Source: Candidatus Kaiserbacteria bacterium (GTDB lineage Bacteria > Patescibacteriota > Minisyncoccia > Phycocordibacterales > UBA2100). From it: a stretch of 64,000 nucleotides of DNA. The stretch spans positions 1,837 to 65,836 of the forward strand of contig JACRFI010000016.1 of NCBI GenBank assembly GCA_016217965.1, in the 5' to 3' direction. Below, in pieces: positions 1 to 9,730 of this stretch. Positions within the stretch are counted from its first letter, which is position 1, and each line of letters opens with the position of its first letter. The notes under the pieces were generated by a model. That model had not been told where the DNA came from, did no database searches, and saw nothing but the letters and a program-made list of their open reading frames with translations. Position numbers and translations under genes: made by a program.

Positions 1-111
1 AAAAAGCGGCTTATTGCAGCGTTATCAGAAAGAATCCAAAAAGATCGAAAAGCATTTCTCTCTGCACTCACTGTGATGCTCGATAAGAAACGGAAAGACT
101 TGATACACTGA
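1..111 (+). CDS. possible 3' end of a CDS entering from the window edge (KKRLIAALSERIQKDRKAFLS...LIH*)
   Basis: Frame 1 is open from base 1 to TGA at 109-111, 4 nt before the next ATG; no recognisable motif. Confidence 0.3.
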   Translation, partial: KKRLIAALSERIQKDRKAFLSALTVMLDKKRKDLIH

Positions 112-115
112 CGAC

Positions 116-982
116 ATGCGAGAAGGAGAGAGGGCCGTACAACCAAAACGGCATGACGTCGCGGCGCACTGGGATCCTGGGCCGGATATGGCAGGGCCTA
201 TCTATGCGATGCTTAATACATCGGGAGTCGATGCAATCGATGAACTAGGGGAAAAGTTAAAGCATATAGCGGAGATCGATCATTTTCATGGCGGCAGTGA
301 CGAGACGACCGAGATTTTGAGATTGATGATGAATATCCCGCCTTCATACGATTTGCACGGTCTAGATGTCGGATGCGGCGTAGGCGGACCTATGCGTTGG
401 TTTGCCCACAAAACGGGCGCCAAGATGGAAGGGGTCGACATCACTTCCGATTTCGTTGCGATTGCGAACGGAATCTCGAATCGCCTCGGTATGCAGGGTG
501 CCTGCACTGCGCAGGAGGGCGATGCGACAAATCTACCGTACCCAGGAGCTTCCTTTGATTTCGCAACAATGATGGCGGTGAGTCCCAACGTAATCGACAG
601 GCCGAAGCTGTATCAGTCGATTGAACGAGTTATAAAGCCCGGTGGAATAATCGGCATGTTGGATTTAACGCAAGGGGCAGGAGGTCCGCCCATATTTCCT
701 GCACCTTGGTCTATCGACGGTTCACCAAAGACGAGCCTGCTGTTAACCCACGAGGATACGGTCGCGGAAGCTGGGAAAGCCGGACTTACTTTATCCGATA
801 CGCGAAACATAACCCCTGAAGTATTGAGATGGTTTCAGAAAGAGCAAAAAGAACTTAAGGTAGGTCGACGAGTAGGACGCGAGCAATACCTGGGACGCTA
901 CCAAGAGATGGTCGATAATCAGATACGGAATCTGAGCGAAGATCGGGTAAGATTCGAATGTCTCGTATTCAGAAAGCAATGA
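116..982 (+). CDS. class I SAM-dependent methyltransferase
   Basis: Motif I LDVGCGVGG, GVDIT, GDATNLPYPGASFD, RVIKPGG. Confidence 0.85.
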   Translation: MREGERAVQPKRHDVAAHWDPGPDMAGPIYAMLNTSGVDAIDELGEKLKHIAEIDHFHGGSDETTEILRLMMNIPPSYDLHGLDVGCGVGGPMRWFAHKTGAKMEGVDITSDFVAIANGISNRLGMQGACTAQEGDATNLPYPGASFDFATMMAVSPNVIDRPKLYQSIERVIKPGGIIGMLDLTQGAGGPPIFPAPWSIDGSPKTSLLLTHEDTVAEAGKAGLTLSDTRNITPEVLRWFQKEQKELKVGRRVGREQYLGRYQEMVDNQIRNLSEDRVRFECLVFRKQ

Positions 983-1488
983 AAGAAATCCTTGTCCTCA
1001 ATCCTGAAAATGCGTCCGAGGACGAGGTAAAGACGTATCGGATACGGAATGCTGCGCGAGCTATCGTTACCGACGATGTAGGCTTGATTGCATTGCTCCA
1101 CGTGTCGAATCATGGGTATTACAAACTTCCAGGCGGCGGGTTTGAAGAGGGAGAAGGTACGGAAGCGGCGCTGCGACGAGAATGTTTAGAGGAAATTGGA
1201 TGCGAGATAGAGGTGTTGAACGAGATAGGGTCTGTCGTTGAACATCGGAAATTCAAGTCGCTGAAACAAATCTCATATTGCTACACGGCGCGAGTGAAGG
1301 GCGAAAAAGGTGTGTCGAATTTTACAGAGCATGAAATGAAAGGTGGCTTCGCGCTTGTATGGGTGACATACGATGAAGCGTTGCGTTTCATGGCAGAAAG
1401 CTCAAAAACGGCGAAAAATATAGAAGGGGAAAAATACATCGTTCCTAGGGATACGCGTGTGTTAAAGGAGGGCAAATCGCTGCTTTGA
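979..1488 (+). CDS. NUDIX hydrolase
   Basis: Nudix box PGGGFEEGEGTEAALRRECLEEIG; ATG at 979 overlaps the upstream TGA (ATGA). Confidence 0.85.
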   Translation: MKEILVLNPENASEDEVKTYRIRNAARAIVTDDVGLIALLHVSNHGYYKLPGGGFEEGEGTEAALRRECLEEIGCEIEVLNEIGSVVEHRKFKSLKQISYCYTARVKGEKGVSNFTEHEMKGGFALVWVTYDEALRFMAESSKTAKNIEGEKYIVPRDTRVLKEGKSLL

Positions 1489-1518
1489 CCACGATGACAG
1501 TATTTCTCATGAGTATGC

Positions 1519-1887
1519 ATGTTCCGGGTCATGCGCGAGACATGTTACTGTGGGCGTATGACAACACGGCGCGTTCGGTCAGCAGAGTTTGGAGGTTACG
1601 ACAAGGCATTGGAAAAGCGGAAAGAAATAGAGCGGAAGCTTTCAGAAGCGGGTTGGCGATCAACAGGGGATTTGCCATATTTCTTTGGACATTCTCTCGG
1701 TTTGCAGAAGAAAACGGTGCATATAACAAGTCAGATAAAGGGTTTTCTCGGTGAGGTGATGGAAGGACGCGATGATGAATATCGAAACAATCATGTTAAG
1801 AAACTCGGACTCAAGACTTATGTGAGTCCCGAAGTTATTCAAGGACTCGAAATGAAGGTCAGGGAGAGATTTCTCACTTCTGAATAA
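1519..1887 (+). CDS. hypothetical protein (start may be 1558)
   Basis: 122-aa ORF filling the gap, codirectional with neighbours; no motif. Confidence 0.45.
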   Translation: MFRVMRETCYCGRMTTRRVRSAEFGGYDKALEKRKEIERKLSEAGWRSTGDLPYFFGHSLGLQKKTVHITSQIKGFLGEVMEGRDDEYRNNHVKKLGLKTYVSPEVIQGLEMKVRERFLTSE

Positions 1888-1932
1888 AAGTTGCTATCGT
1901 ATAATGTCCCTATAGCACTCACCGATATCAGC

Positions 1933-2328
1933 ATGTTAAAAAGCATTTTCGCAGTAGTCGCAGGGTTTCTTACCGTCGTCGTTCTATCTATGGGTACAGA
2001 TATGGTTCTTGAAAAGACGGGCATCTTTCCTCCGCCATCTGAAATGGGACTCTTTGTAACGTGGATGCTCGCTCTCGCTCTTTTCTATCGCACCATCTAC
2101 ACGATACTCGGTGGGTATGTGACCGCGTGGCTCGCACCGCAGAATGCGATGAAGCATGTGTGGACCTTGGCTGCATTGGGGCAACTTGGTGGCATCGCGG
2201 GCGTTATCGCTGGATGGAATCTTTCTGCACACTGGTACCCGATAGCGCTCGCTGTCCTCGCTATCCCTTCCGTCTGGCTTGGCGGTTGGCTCAGAACTCG
2301 AAACGATTTGAACACTACTGCTCTGTAA
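1933..2328 (+). CDS. small integral membrane protein (about 4 TM)
   Basis: Four hydrophobic segments from MLKSIFAVVAGF; WYPIALAVLAIPSVWLGG C-terminus. Confidence 0.7.
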   Translation: MLKSIFAVVAGFLTVVVLSMGTDMVLEKTGIFPPPSEMGLFVTWMLALALFYRTIYTILGGYVTAWLAPQNAMKHVWTLAALGQLGGIAGVIAGWNLSAHWYPIALAVLAIPSVWLGGWLRTRNDLNTTAL

Positions 2329-3396
2329 CTACCCCTGTTTCTCAAGCCAATCCAAGACTTGTTCGTTGCGGAGGGCGTGCGAGAGGTGCGCGTGGAGCGC
2401 GTCGGGATCCGCTTGCGGATGATGTTTCTTGGCGTGCTCGAATTCGTGTGCCAATTTTTCTGGGTCGGCCTCTACCTTTTCTTGCCGAGCTATCTCACTG
2501 AGTACCAAGCGGATTTTCGCGCGCTTGTCTGCCGCGTCTTTCCACTCAGCGCGGAGCTGTTCACGTGTTTTTTTCGTTTCAGCGAGGTACGAGTCGAGTT
2601 TCTTGCCCATCCTTTCAACGTCGCTCTGGAGCCGTCCTTCCATGTCATCGAGCTCATACTCACGAAGCATCGAAGGGTAAGAGATACGTGAGTCTTTCAC
2701 GAGCGCCTCCAATAGCTCGGCGCGGAATTTGTTCTTCGCCCCCAATTCTTTTTCCGTCTTGATGTGTTCGCGCAGCTTGTTCGAGAAATCTTCTGCGCTC
2801 TCATAGCCTAGGCTTTTCACGAACTCGTCGTCGAGAGCGGGCAAGTCCTTTTCTTCTGCCTTCTGCGCTTCTTCGAGCGCTTTGTCCGGCGCTGCTCCCG
2901 CTTCTATCTTTTCTATGCGCGCTCGTTCGCGGCGCAAATGGATCGTGGTGTCCTTGTGTTCGTCGTCAGAAACGGTGATCACCTCTTTTTTTGCCACCAT
3001 TTTCTTCGCGATTCCTTTGTAGTCGGGAAGTTTTATTTCCGGCGCGAGGGGCGCACGGGCAGAGAATTTGAGAGGGGAGCCGGCGACGGGCGTATCGACA
3101 GATACTCGCGGCGCCTCGACGATATTCGCTTTCTCCTCCGCCAAAATTTCTGGCAACTCACTCTTCACGGCAAGTTCCGCGGCTTCATTCAAAATCGCGG
3201 TTTCACCGTACTGTTTTATCAAAACCGTTTCTGGTACATGTCCTGGCCTGAATCCGGCGATTTGGGCATTTCTCCCAATATCCTTCAGCGCCTCAGCTCG
3301 ATATTTCTGGACTACGTCCGCAGGCAACTCTGCTTCCAGGACGAATTCCCAGTTCTTCTCGTCGCGCGACACTTTAACGTTTTTTGCAGAAGACAT
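2329..3396 (-). CDS. tig: trigger factor, short form apparently lacking the FKBP/PPIase domain
   Basis: Ribosome-binding signature IAGFRPGHVP; C-terminal ELPALDDEF-like and SurA-like helices; only 355 aa. Confidence 0.9.
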   Translation of the reverse strand: MSSAKNVKVSRDEKNWEFVLEAELPADVVQKYRAEALKDIGRNAQIAGFRPGHVPETVLIKQYGETAILNEAAELAVKSELPEILAEEKANIVEAPRVSVDTPVAGSPLKFSARAPLAPEIKLPDYKGIAKKMVAKKEVITVSDDEHKDTTIHLRRERARIEKIEAGAAPDKALEEAQKAEEKDLPALDDEFVKSLGYESAEDFSNKLREHIKTEKELGAKNKFRAELLEALVKDSRISYPSMLREYELDDMEGRLQSDVERMGKKLDSYLAETKKTREQLRAEWKDAADKRAKIRLVLSEIARQEKVEADPEKLAHEFEHAKKHHPQADPDALHAHLSHALRNEQVLDWLEKQG

Positions 3397-3534
3397 CGCG
3401 AGAGTCTACCCGGTAGTAGAATTTGAGCAAGGGGATAGTTAACATTTTTTGTCGTCAACGTTCAAATTTCACTCCGGGTCTACCAGAAAAAAGCGTTCCA
3501 GCACATACGGGAGCGCTTTACACGAACAGGAAAA

Positions 3535-3873
3535 CTAGAGCGAGGAATCGACTGCTTGCATGTCTGCTTCAACTCCACTTTCGAACGTATTCATATCTGT
3601 TGCCGCAACGTCCGCCTCGATATCTGCCATCGAATCTGACGAGCGTGTTGGCGGAAGCCCGGCCGAATCATCGCCCAATATCATCGGCGGCGCGTTATTC
3701 GCACGATCTTTATTCAGTTTTGCACCCCAAAAATAAAGCCCTCCTGCGGCGAGGATGACAAGGATGATAAGTGCGCCGACAATAGGGCCGACGGAGCTTT
3801 TCTCGGGCACAGATACCGATGGCTCTGGCGCTTGTGGTGCTCCGCTCTGAGGCGCTGTGTTCATTTGTTCCAT
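3535..3873 (-). CDS. single-TM hypothetical protein
   Basis: GPIVGALIILVILAAGGLYFWG transmembrane segment, acidic tail. Confidence 0.65.
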   Translation of the reverse strand: MEQMNTAPQSGAPQAPEPSVSVPEKSSVGPIVGALIILVILAAGGLYFWGAKLNKDRANNAPPMILGDDSAGLPPTRSSDSMADIEADVAATDMNTFESGVEADMQAVDSSL

Positions 3874-3898
3874 GAAAAATGTGATTAATTAGTAATAA

Positions 3899-4789
3899 TT
3901 AGTTACCAGTATCCACTGACCCTTCTGCTTCGACTGATGCGGAAGCATCAACCGAAGGAATGATGCTCTTCAAGGTACGGACAGCTTCTTTCAGTGCAGC
4001 ATGTGCCTCCTTGACCGCATCAACGGCAGCGCGGACTGCTGCGCGCACTTCTTCCAGATGTTCTCGCGGCGTCTCGGAGGCTGCTGCAACATCTATTGCG
4101 GCTTTTGCATCTGCAACCGCGGCTGTTGCGACATCAATGGAGGCGCTTGCCTCTGCGCTAGCTGTTACGGCGGCGGCTACATCTACGCCATCTTCCTGAA
4201 GTTTCTCGATGCGCGAATCGATGCGAGCGAGGATTTGGTCGAATCTCTCAAGCGCGTTTACAAGGCGGCTCATTATCATGTGGAAACGTTCTGCCACGAG
4301 TTCTTTGGCGCTTGCTCGAACGCCCTTCCACTCTGCCTTGAAACCGGCGCGCATGTCAGCCGAATCCTCCTTCACCTGCATGCGGAATTCTGCGCGATCC
4401 TTTCGTGCATCTTGCAGGATTGCCTGTTTTTCCTCTGGTGTTGCTGCGGCATCGAGCTCTGCTTTTACGCCCGATTGCATTTGCATGCGATCGCCTTTCA
4501 CGCCAGACCAGAAGTCCATTCGCTCGGTTTTGATGCCCGCTTTTACGTCTTTAGCTCCCTCAATGAATGCTTTTTTATCATCGCGAAACTCTTGATTCTG
4601 CATCTGGATGTTGGCCTTGACCTGTCCCGCCTTGTCCTTCAGTGCTTTCAGAGGATTTCGGGGGAGCCCTACCGGCGTTATCTGTACCTCTGCTTCAGCA
4701 TCGACTGATACGTCTTGCGCGGCTGCAAATTGGAAGCCCACTGACGCTATAAGGGCGGAAACGAAGAGAACTAAGAATGATTTTTTCAT
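3899..4789 (-). CDS. secreted alpha-helical/coiled-coil protein
   Basis: Signal peptide MKKSFLVLFVSALIASVGFQFAAA; Ala/Lys/Glu-rich helical body. Confidence 0.7.
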   Translation of the reverse strand: MKKSFLVLFVSALIASVGFQFAAAQDVSVDAEAEVQITPVGLPRNPLKALKDKAGQVKANIQMQNQEFRDDKKAFIEGAKDVKAGIKTERMDFWSGVKGDRMQMQSGVKAELDAAATPEEKQAILQDARKDRAEFRMQVKEDSADMRAGFKAEWKGVRASAKELVAERFHMIMSRLVNALERFDQILARIDSRIEKLQEDGVDVAAAVTASAEASASIDVATAAVADAKAAIDVAAASETPREHLEEVRAAVRAAVDAVKEAHAALKEAVRTLKSIIPSVDASASVEAEGSVDTGN

Positions 4790-4891
4790 ATGTTGAGATT
4801 AAAAACTGTTTCTACTAGAATAGCACGCAACAGATGCGTGCTACTCGCTTCAGACGGGCGAATATGGGGATTTCTTACTGTCCCGCTTACC

Positions 4892-5479
4892 TTAGTCTAC
4901 GAGCTTCGGCTTGTACTCTTTCTCGTACCGCTCAGCGCACTCTTTGATGATGTCGCGGGCCTCTTTCACATCGAAAAATCCGAGCACTTTGCACGTGCCG
5001 GGTTTCTTGAGGTCTTTGTAGTGCTCGAAATAGTGCTGCGTTTCTTTCTGCCAGTGCTCGCCCAGATCTTCGTACGAATCGATATGGTCCATCCGTTTGT
5101 CGTCCGAAAGAACGGTGATGACTTTGTCGTCACGCTCGCCGCCATCTTCAAATTTCATGATGCCAATGACTCGGACTTCTGCGAGAGAGCCGGGAACGAG
5201 CGGTTCCGTCACGTTCGCAATGATGAAATCAAGCATATCGTTGTCCTGGTCCCACGTCTGGGGGATAAGGCCGTATGCAACAGGGTAGGTGAGCGAGGAG
5301 TAGCCAACACGGTCCAATTTCAGCTGGCCTGATTCGGTGATGAATTCGTACTTATTGATGGAGTTCGTATTTATCTCCACAAGCCCGTTCAATACCCCTT
5401 TTTCCTCGTTCGCGTATGGCGGAAGGACGTGCAACAGGTTGTACGTGTATCTCGAGGGTTTGATATCTATGTTTGCCAT
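4892..5479 (-). CDS. ppa: soluble inorganic pyrophosphatase (family I)
   Basis: NKYE...LDRV...YPVAYGLIPQT...DNDMLD...DGGERDDKVI...FEHYKDL. Confidence 0.93.
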   Translation of the reverse strand: MANIDIKPSRYTYNLLHVLPPYANEEKGVLNGLVEINTNSINKYEFITESGQLKLDRVGYSSLTYPVAYGLIPQTWDQDNDMLDFIIANVTEPLVPGSLAEVRVIGIMKFEDGGERDDKVITVLSDDKRMDHIDSYEDLGEHWQKETQHYFEHYKDLKKPGTCKVLGFFDVKEARDIIKECAERYEKEYKPKLVD

Positions 5480-5537
5480 ACGGGTGGGTTATAGGTACTA
5501 GCTTCTTGCTGCTAGGTAATGCACAGAGTGTACCAGA

Positions 5538-6743
5538 TTACGCAGCCTCTTTCTCGCTCTTTTCCTCAGGTTTTTCCGCCTCCGTCTCCGTTGGCTTTTC
5601 TTCCGGCAACGATTCAGGAGCTGCTTCTTTTTTCTCTAATGTTTCGCCGCTAGCAGAACGGATATCTATCTTCCATCCCGTGAGGCGGGCTGCGAGGCGC
5701 ACATTTTGTCCGCCACGGCCGATAGCGAGCGATTGCTGGTCTTCCGCGACTTGCACTTCCGCACGGTTTTCGTCTTCAAACAGTTGGATGCCCAGAACTT
5801 GTGCCGGTTTCAGCGCTTCTTTCACGAAGTCTCCCGGATTTTCGGACCATTCGACAACGTCTATTTTCTCGCCGCCGAGTTCCGACGTGACGACCGCGAC
5901 GCGTACGCCGCGTTGCCCGACGAGAGCGCCAACAGGGTCAACGTGCTCGTCCTTCGAAGAAACAGCTATCTTTGCGCGGCTTCCCGGCTCACGAACAATC
6001 CCCTTTGCTTCGACGATCTTGTTAGCCATCTCGGGGACCTCGACTTCAAAAAGTTTTTCGAGGAAGCGAGGATGAGAGCGGGAGAGGCGGATGAATGTGC
6101 CGCGTACGCCTTCGTCCACGCGAAGGAGAAGCGCGCGCACGCGCTCGCCCTGACGGTACCGCTCGCCCGGGATCTGTTCGTCATACGGAAGGATGGCGGT
6201 CGCGCGGCCGAGGTCAACATAGAGGTTGCCACGCTCGAAACGTTGTACGTGTCCCGTTACAATCTCGCCTTCGCGCTCGCCGTATTCGGAAATGATAGAG
6301 CTTCTCTCTGCTTCGCGGATCTTTTGCATGATGACCTGCTTTGCTGCTTGAGCCGCGATACGCCCGAAATCTTCTCGAGTTTCAAGGGGGAACGAAATCT
6401 CTTCATCGAGCTTCGCGTCTTTTTTGATGCGCTTGGCGTCCTCGAGCATGATGTGTTGCTCGGGATTGAAGCGAGAGCGATGGTCGTCATCACCTGTCGG
6501 CTCCTCGTCTTCCTTTCGGACCAGTGTTTCATCTACCACTATTTTTGCCTGGCGAAATTCGATGTCGCCAGTTTGTGCGTTGAACGTCGCACGGATTATT
6601 TGTCCGCGTTTGCCGTATTCGCGGCGATATGCGGCAGCGAGTGCCGTTGCGAGAGCATCGACGACGCTTTCGCGAGAGATGCCGCGCTCCTGTTGGAGCT
6701 CGTCTAGGGCTGCATTAAGAGTTTTGAGGTCGAATAACGCCAT
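5538..6743 (-). CDS. nusA: transcription termination/antitermination factor NusA
   Basis: FGRIAAQAAKQVIMQKIREAER, S1 domain, REPGSRAKIAV, DPVGALVGQRG, AIGRGGQNVRLAARLTGWKIDI. Confidence 0.97.
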   Translation of the reverse strand: MALFDLKTLNAALDELQQERGISRESVVDALATALAAAYRREYGKRGQIIRATFNAQTGDIEFRQAKIVVDETLVRKEDEEPTGDDDHRSRFNPEQHIMLEDAKRIKKDAKLDEEISFPLETREDFGRIAAQAAKQVIMQKIREAERSSIISEYGEREGEIVTGHVQRFERGNLYVDLGRATAILPYDEQIPGERYRQGERVRALLLRVDEGVRGTFIRLSRSHPRFLEKLFEVEVPEMANKIVEAKGIVREPGSRAKIAVSSKDEHVDPVGALVGQRGVRVAVVTSELGGEKIDVVEWSENPGDFVKEALKPAQVLGIQLFEDENRAEVQVAEDQQSLAIGRGGQNVRLAARLTGWKIDIRSASGETLEKKEAAPESLPEEKPTETEAEKPEEKSEKEAA

Positions 6744-6806
6744 ATTATAGGTAGCTTCTAGTTGCTAGCTTCAAGTGATTAGTAAAGACAAAATGTACAG
6801 CCTTTT

Positions 6807-6832
6807 AAAAAAAACGTCCCGCAAGGCGGGAC
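6807..6832 (-). terminator. intrinsic terminator/attenuator in the nusA 5' leader
   Basis: GTCCCGC-AAG-GCGGGAC stem (6816-6832) followed on the minus strand by a T8 run; lies between the nusA promoter and ATG. Confidence 0.6.
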
Positions 6833-6863
6833 TAAATACATCGCTGTATTCAGCTGTTGTGCG

Positions 6864-6891
6864 AGTGTAGCAGGAAAAAGGTTCTTGTCAA
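6864..6891 (-). promoter_or_regulatory. sigma70-like promoter for nusA
   Basis: Minus strand TTGACA-16 nt-TACACT. Confidence 0.6.
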
Positions 6892-6913
6892 ATTTGGTGC
6901 TACACTTTTATGC

Positions 6914-7408
6914 ATGATTAATTCTTCTGAGCCCAAACCACAGGGCGAAACAATTCCTGGCCTGCCGCAAGATTTACAGCTAGTTGGCCGGTATTTCCTA
7001 AGCAAAGTTAAAGACGTCGAATTTGAAATAGGTTACAGAGAAAGAGATAAACGAGCAATCGAGGTTGATCCTACGGAAGAAGAACTGGACATTGAAGAAG
7101 AGGCGAAGATCTTTGGCATGAATAAAAAAGAGCTTGCGGCAGAAAAAGAGCAACGTTTAAATCCGGACAAACTTCAAGAAGAAATCGATGACTTGCGAAA
7201 CGAGCGAGAGTATTATCTTGGGTTACTGGACGGATTAAAGAAGGGTGAGTTCAAGCCATGTATTGATTATTTAAGACAGAGCCTGGAAGCAAAAGAACTG
7301 GCGAAGTCGCTCATAACATTTGAACATACAAGCCCTCAGTACAAGGAGAAAAGTTTGGCAGAAACGCGAGTGTTACGCGAGTATATACGTTTACTAGAGA
7401 GTAAATAG
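6914..7408 (+). CDS. hypothetical charged helical protein (AT-rich orphan)
   Basis: Open frame, E/K-rich; TGC-TACACT 7 nt before ATG 6914. Confidence 0.6.
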   Translation: MINSSEPKPQGETIPGLPQDLQLVGRYFLSKVKDVEFEIGYRERDKRAIEVDPTEEELDIEEEAKIFGMNKKELAAEKEQRLNPDKLQEEIDDLRNEREYYLGLLDGLKKGEFKPCIDYLRQSLEAKELAKSLITFEHTSPQYKEKSLAETRVLREYIRLLESK

Positions 7409-7517
7409 TGAAAATTCCACGCACATTGCCTGCTATACTGTTCATGCGTGCGATTCCACCTCACTGTATGTTGAATTTTCCTAGCAGCTAGAAGCTCGCA
7501 CCTAGAAGCTATCCAAT

Positions 7518-9254
7518 ATGTACATCTCCGACACACATCTAAAATCCTTTCTCGCCGACGCGAACTTAGTGTCGCAGAAAGATTTCGATGCAGCAGAAAC
7601 AGAGGCCAAATCAAGCGGCAAAACGATAGGTGATATTCTGACGGCGCGGGGCGCTATCGGGGAAGACGAGTTGCGCCGCACGTACGCATACATTCTCGGC
7701 ATACCATTCGTCTCTCTCGTTGGCACGAGCATCCCATATGACACGCTATCTCAGATACCGGAGCCGGTTGCCCGCCGCAACAATATTATTTCGTACAGCC
7801 GAAAAGGGGATGAGCTTGAGGTCGCCATGCTCGACACCGACGATCTGGCCGCAATCGATTTCATAAAGAAAAAAACACACCTCAAGATATTGCCGCGCCT
7901 CACTGATGCGGCATCCATCAAAACCGCGCTCAAACAGTACCAACAGGGGCTCAAAGATACGCTGGGCGATGTCATTAAACGCGAAACGACCGCGCTCGAG
8001 AAAGAAAAGGGAGGGGATGGGGAAGCGGCGCTGAAACAAATGGCAGAAGGCGTGTCTGCCGTGCGCATCGTAGACACGCTCCTGCGCCACGCGAGCGCAC
8101 AGAACGCGTCCGACATCCATATAGAACCGCTAGAAAATTCACTCCTTATTCGCTACCGAATCGACGGCATCCTCCACGACGCGATGGAATTGCCGAAACA
8201 TGCAGCTCCTGCGATAACTGCTCGCGTTAAAGTGCTTTCGAACATGCGCCTCGACGAGCATCGGCTGCCACAAGATGGGCGTTTCAGTGCCGAGTCGGCA
8301 GGCGAGAGGATATCGTTTCGTGTATCTATATTGCCGACTTACTACGGCGAGAAGATCGTCATGCGCCTCCTTCGCGATTCTATTTCCGGCTTCACACTGG
8401 AGGGCATTGGTTTTCACGGCACGGGATTGGAACGAATGCATGATGCGATGCGCCGCACGACGGGCATGATACTGACGACCGGCCCCACTGGCGCGGGTAA
8501 ATCGACGACGCTCTACACTCTTCTCGACATCATCAACACGCCGGATGTGAACATCTCAACTGTCGAAGATCCTATTGAATATCAAATGGCGAGAGTGAAC
8601 CAAACGCAAGTGCGTCCGGAGATAGGTTTCACTTTTGCCTCCGGCCTTCGCTCACTTGTTCGCCAGGACCCGGATATCATCATGGTCGGTGAAATTCGCG
8701 ACAAAGAAACTGCTTCCCTTGCTATCAATGCCGCGCTCACTGGCCACTTGGTGCTCTCCACGCTCCATACAAATTCCGCGTCCGGTGCCATTCCACGCCT
8801 TCTCGACATGGGCGTCGAGCCATTCCTTCTTGTCTCGACGCTTCGCGTTGTCATCGGGCAGCGCCTCGTGCGGAAACTTGCGGCGCACGATCCGTATGAA
8901 CTCTCGCGCGACGAACAGACGCAACTCGAGAAATTAGTTGACCCCGCAGCTGTCCTGAAGCATCTCAAAGAAGAAAAAGCCGTTGCAAAAGAAATGACCT
9001 GGAACAAGGTCCCGTTCTACAAGCCAAAACCCACCCCGACAAGCCAAGACGGATACGCTGGCCGCATCGGCATCTACGAAGTCTTGCCGGTCACGTCGAC
9101 GATAAAAGACCTCGTCATGAAAAATGCGACGGGGGATGAAATAGACAAGCAAGCAAAGAGCGAAGGCATGCTCACAATGGCGGAAGACGGGATATTTAAG
9201 GCCGTCCAGGGTATAACCACCATAGAGGAAGTTCTCCGCGTCATTTCAGAATAG
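7518..9254 (+). CDS. pilB: type IV pilus assembly ATPase PilB/GspE
   Basis: ASDIHIEP, RLPQDGR, Walker A GPTGAGKST, TVEDPIEY, RQDPDIIMVGEIRD, GHLVLSTLHTN. Confidence 0.93.
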   Translation: MYISDTHLKSFLADANLVSQKDFDAAETEAKSSGKTIGDILTARGAIGEDELRRTYAYILGIPFVSLVGTSIPYDTLSQIPEPVARRNNIISYSRKGDELEVAMLDTDDLAAIDFIKKKTHLKILPRLTDAASIKTALKQYQQGLKDTLGDVIKRETTALEKEKGGDGEAALKQMAEGVSAVRIVDTLLRHASAQNASDIHIEPLENSLLIRYRIDGILHDAMELPKHAAPAITARVKVLSNMRLDEHRLPQDGRFSAESAGERISFRVSILPTYYGEKIVMRLLRDSISGFTLEGIGFHGTGLERMHDAMRRTTGMILTTGPTGAGKSTTLYTLLDIINTPDVNISTVEDPIEYQMARVNQTQVRPEIGFTFASGLRSLVRQDPDIIMVGEIRDKETASLAINAALTGHLVLSTLHTNSASGAIPRLLDMGVEPFLLVSTLRVVIGQRLVRKLAAHDPYELSRDEQTQLEKLVDPAAVLKHLKEEKAVAKEMTWNKVPFYKPKPTPTSQDGYAGRIGIYEVLPVTSTIKDLVMKNATGDEIDKQAKSEGMLTMAEDGIFKAVQGITTIEEVLRVISE

Positions 9255-9360
9255 TTCTCAATCGCACTCATCCTAGAGGGTTTTTAGAGTGAATTGCGAG
9301 CTTGCGTGCCAATAATCCAGCGCTATCATTACCGTATTACTTAACTAATCTGGCTAGAAT

Positions 9361-9678
9361 ATGAGCATGAGGGGAATGAATAAGATGAATCGGATGGATC
9401 CGGAGGAGAGGAAGGCTATGATGGATAAGTGGCGCAGCGACAGTGAATTTATAGATGAGTTCCACAAAAAACATGAAGAGGTAGTAAGGGCAACGCTGGA
9501 AAGAAGCGGAGAAGGAGTCGATGCAAAAAAAGTAACTAATATTTTGGCGAATCGTCATTTGAACAATCCGGATTTGCAACGAGAGGGGAATCTTCCAATT
9601 GCGGAAATTACAGCTGCGCAAGAGACATTGACGGCAAGACGTAAGCGAAAGGAGGATGATTTCTATAAAGATAAGTAA
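9361..9678 (+). CDS. hypothetical protein (AT-rich orphan between pilB and pilC)
   Basis: 105-aa open frame, charged; no motif. Confidence 0.55.
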   Translation: MSMRGMNKMNRMDPEERKAMMDKWRSDSEFIDEFHKKHEEVVRATLERSGEGVDAKKVTNILANRHLNNPDLQREGNLPIAEITAAQETLTARRKRKEDDFYKDK

Positions 9679-9730
9679 TCTGTTGTTGTCGGACAATTCT
9701 GGCGGCTAAAATGTGCGATAATACTTGTTA

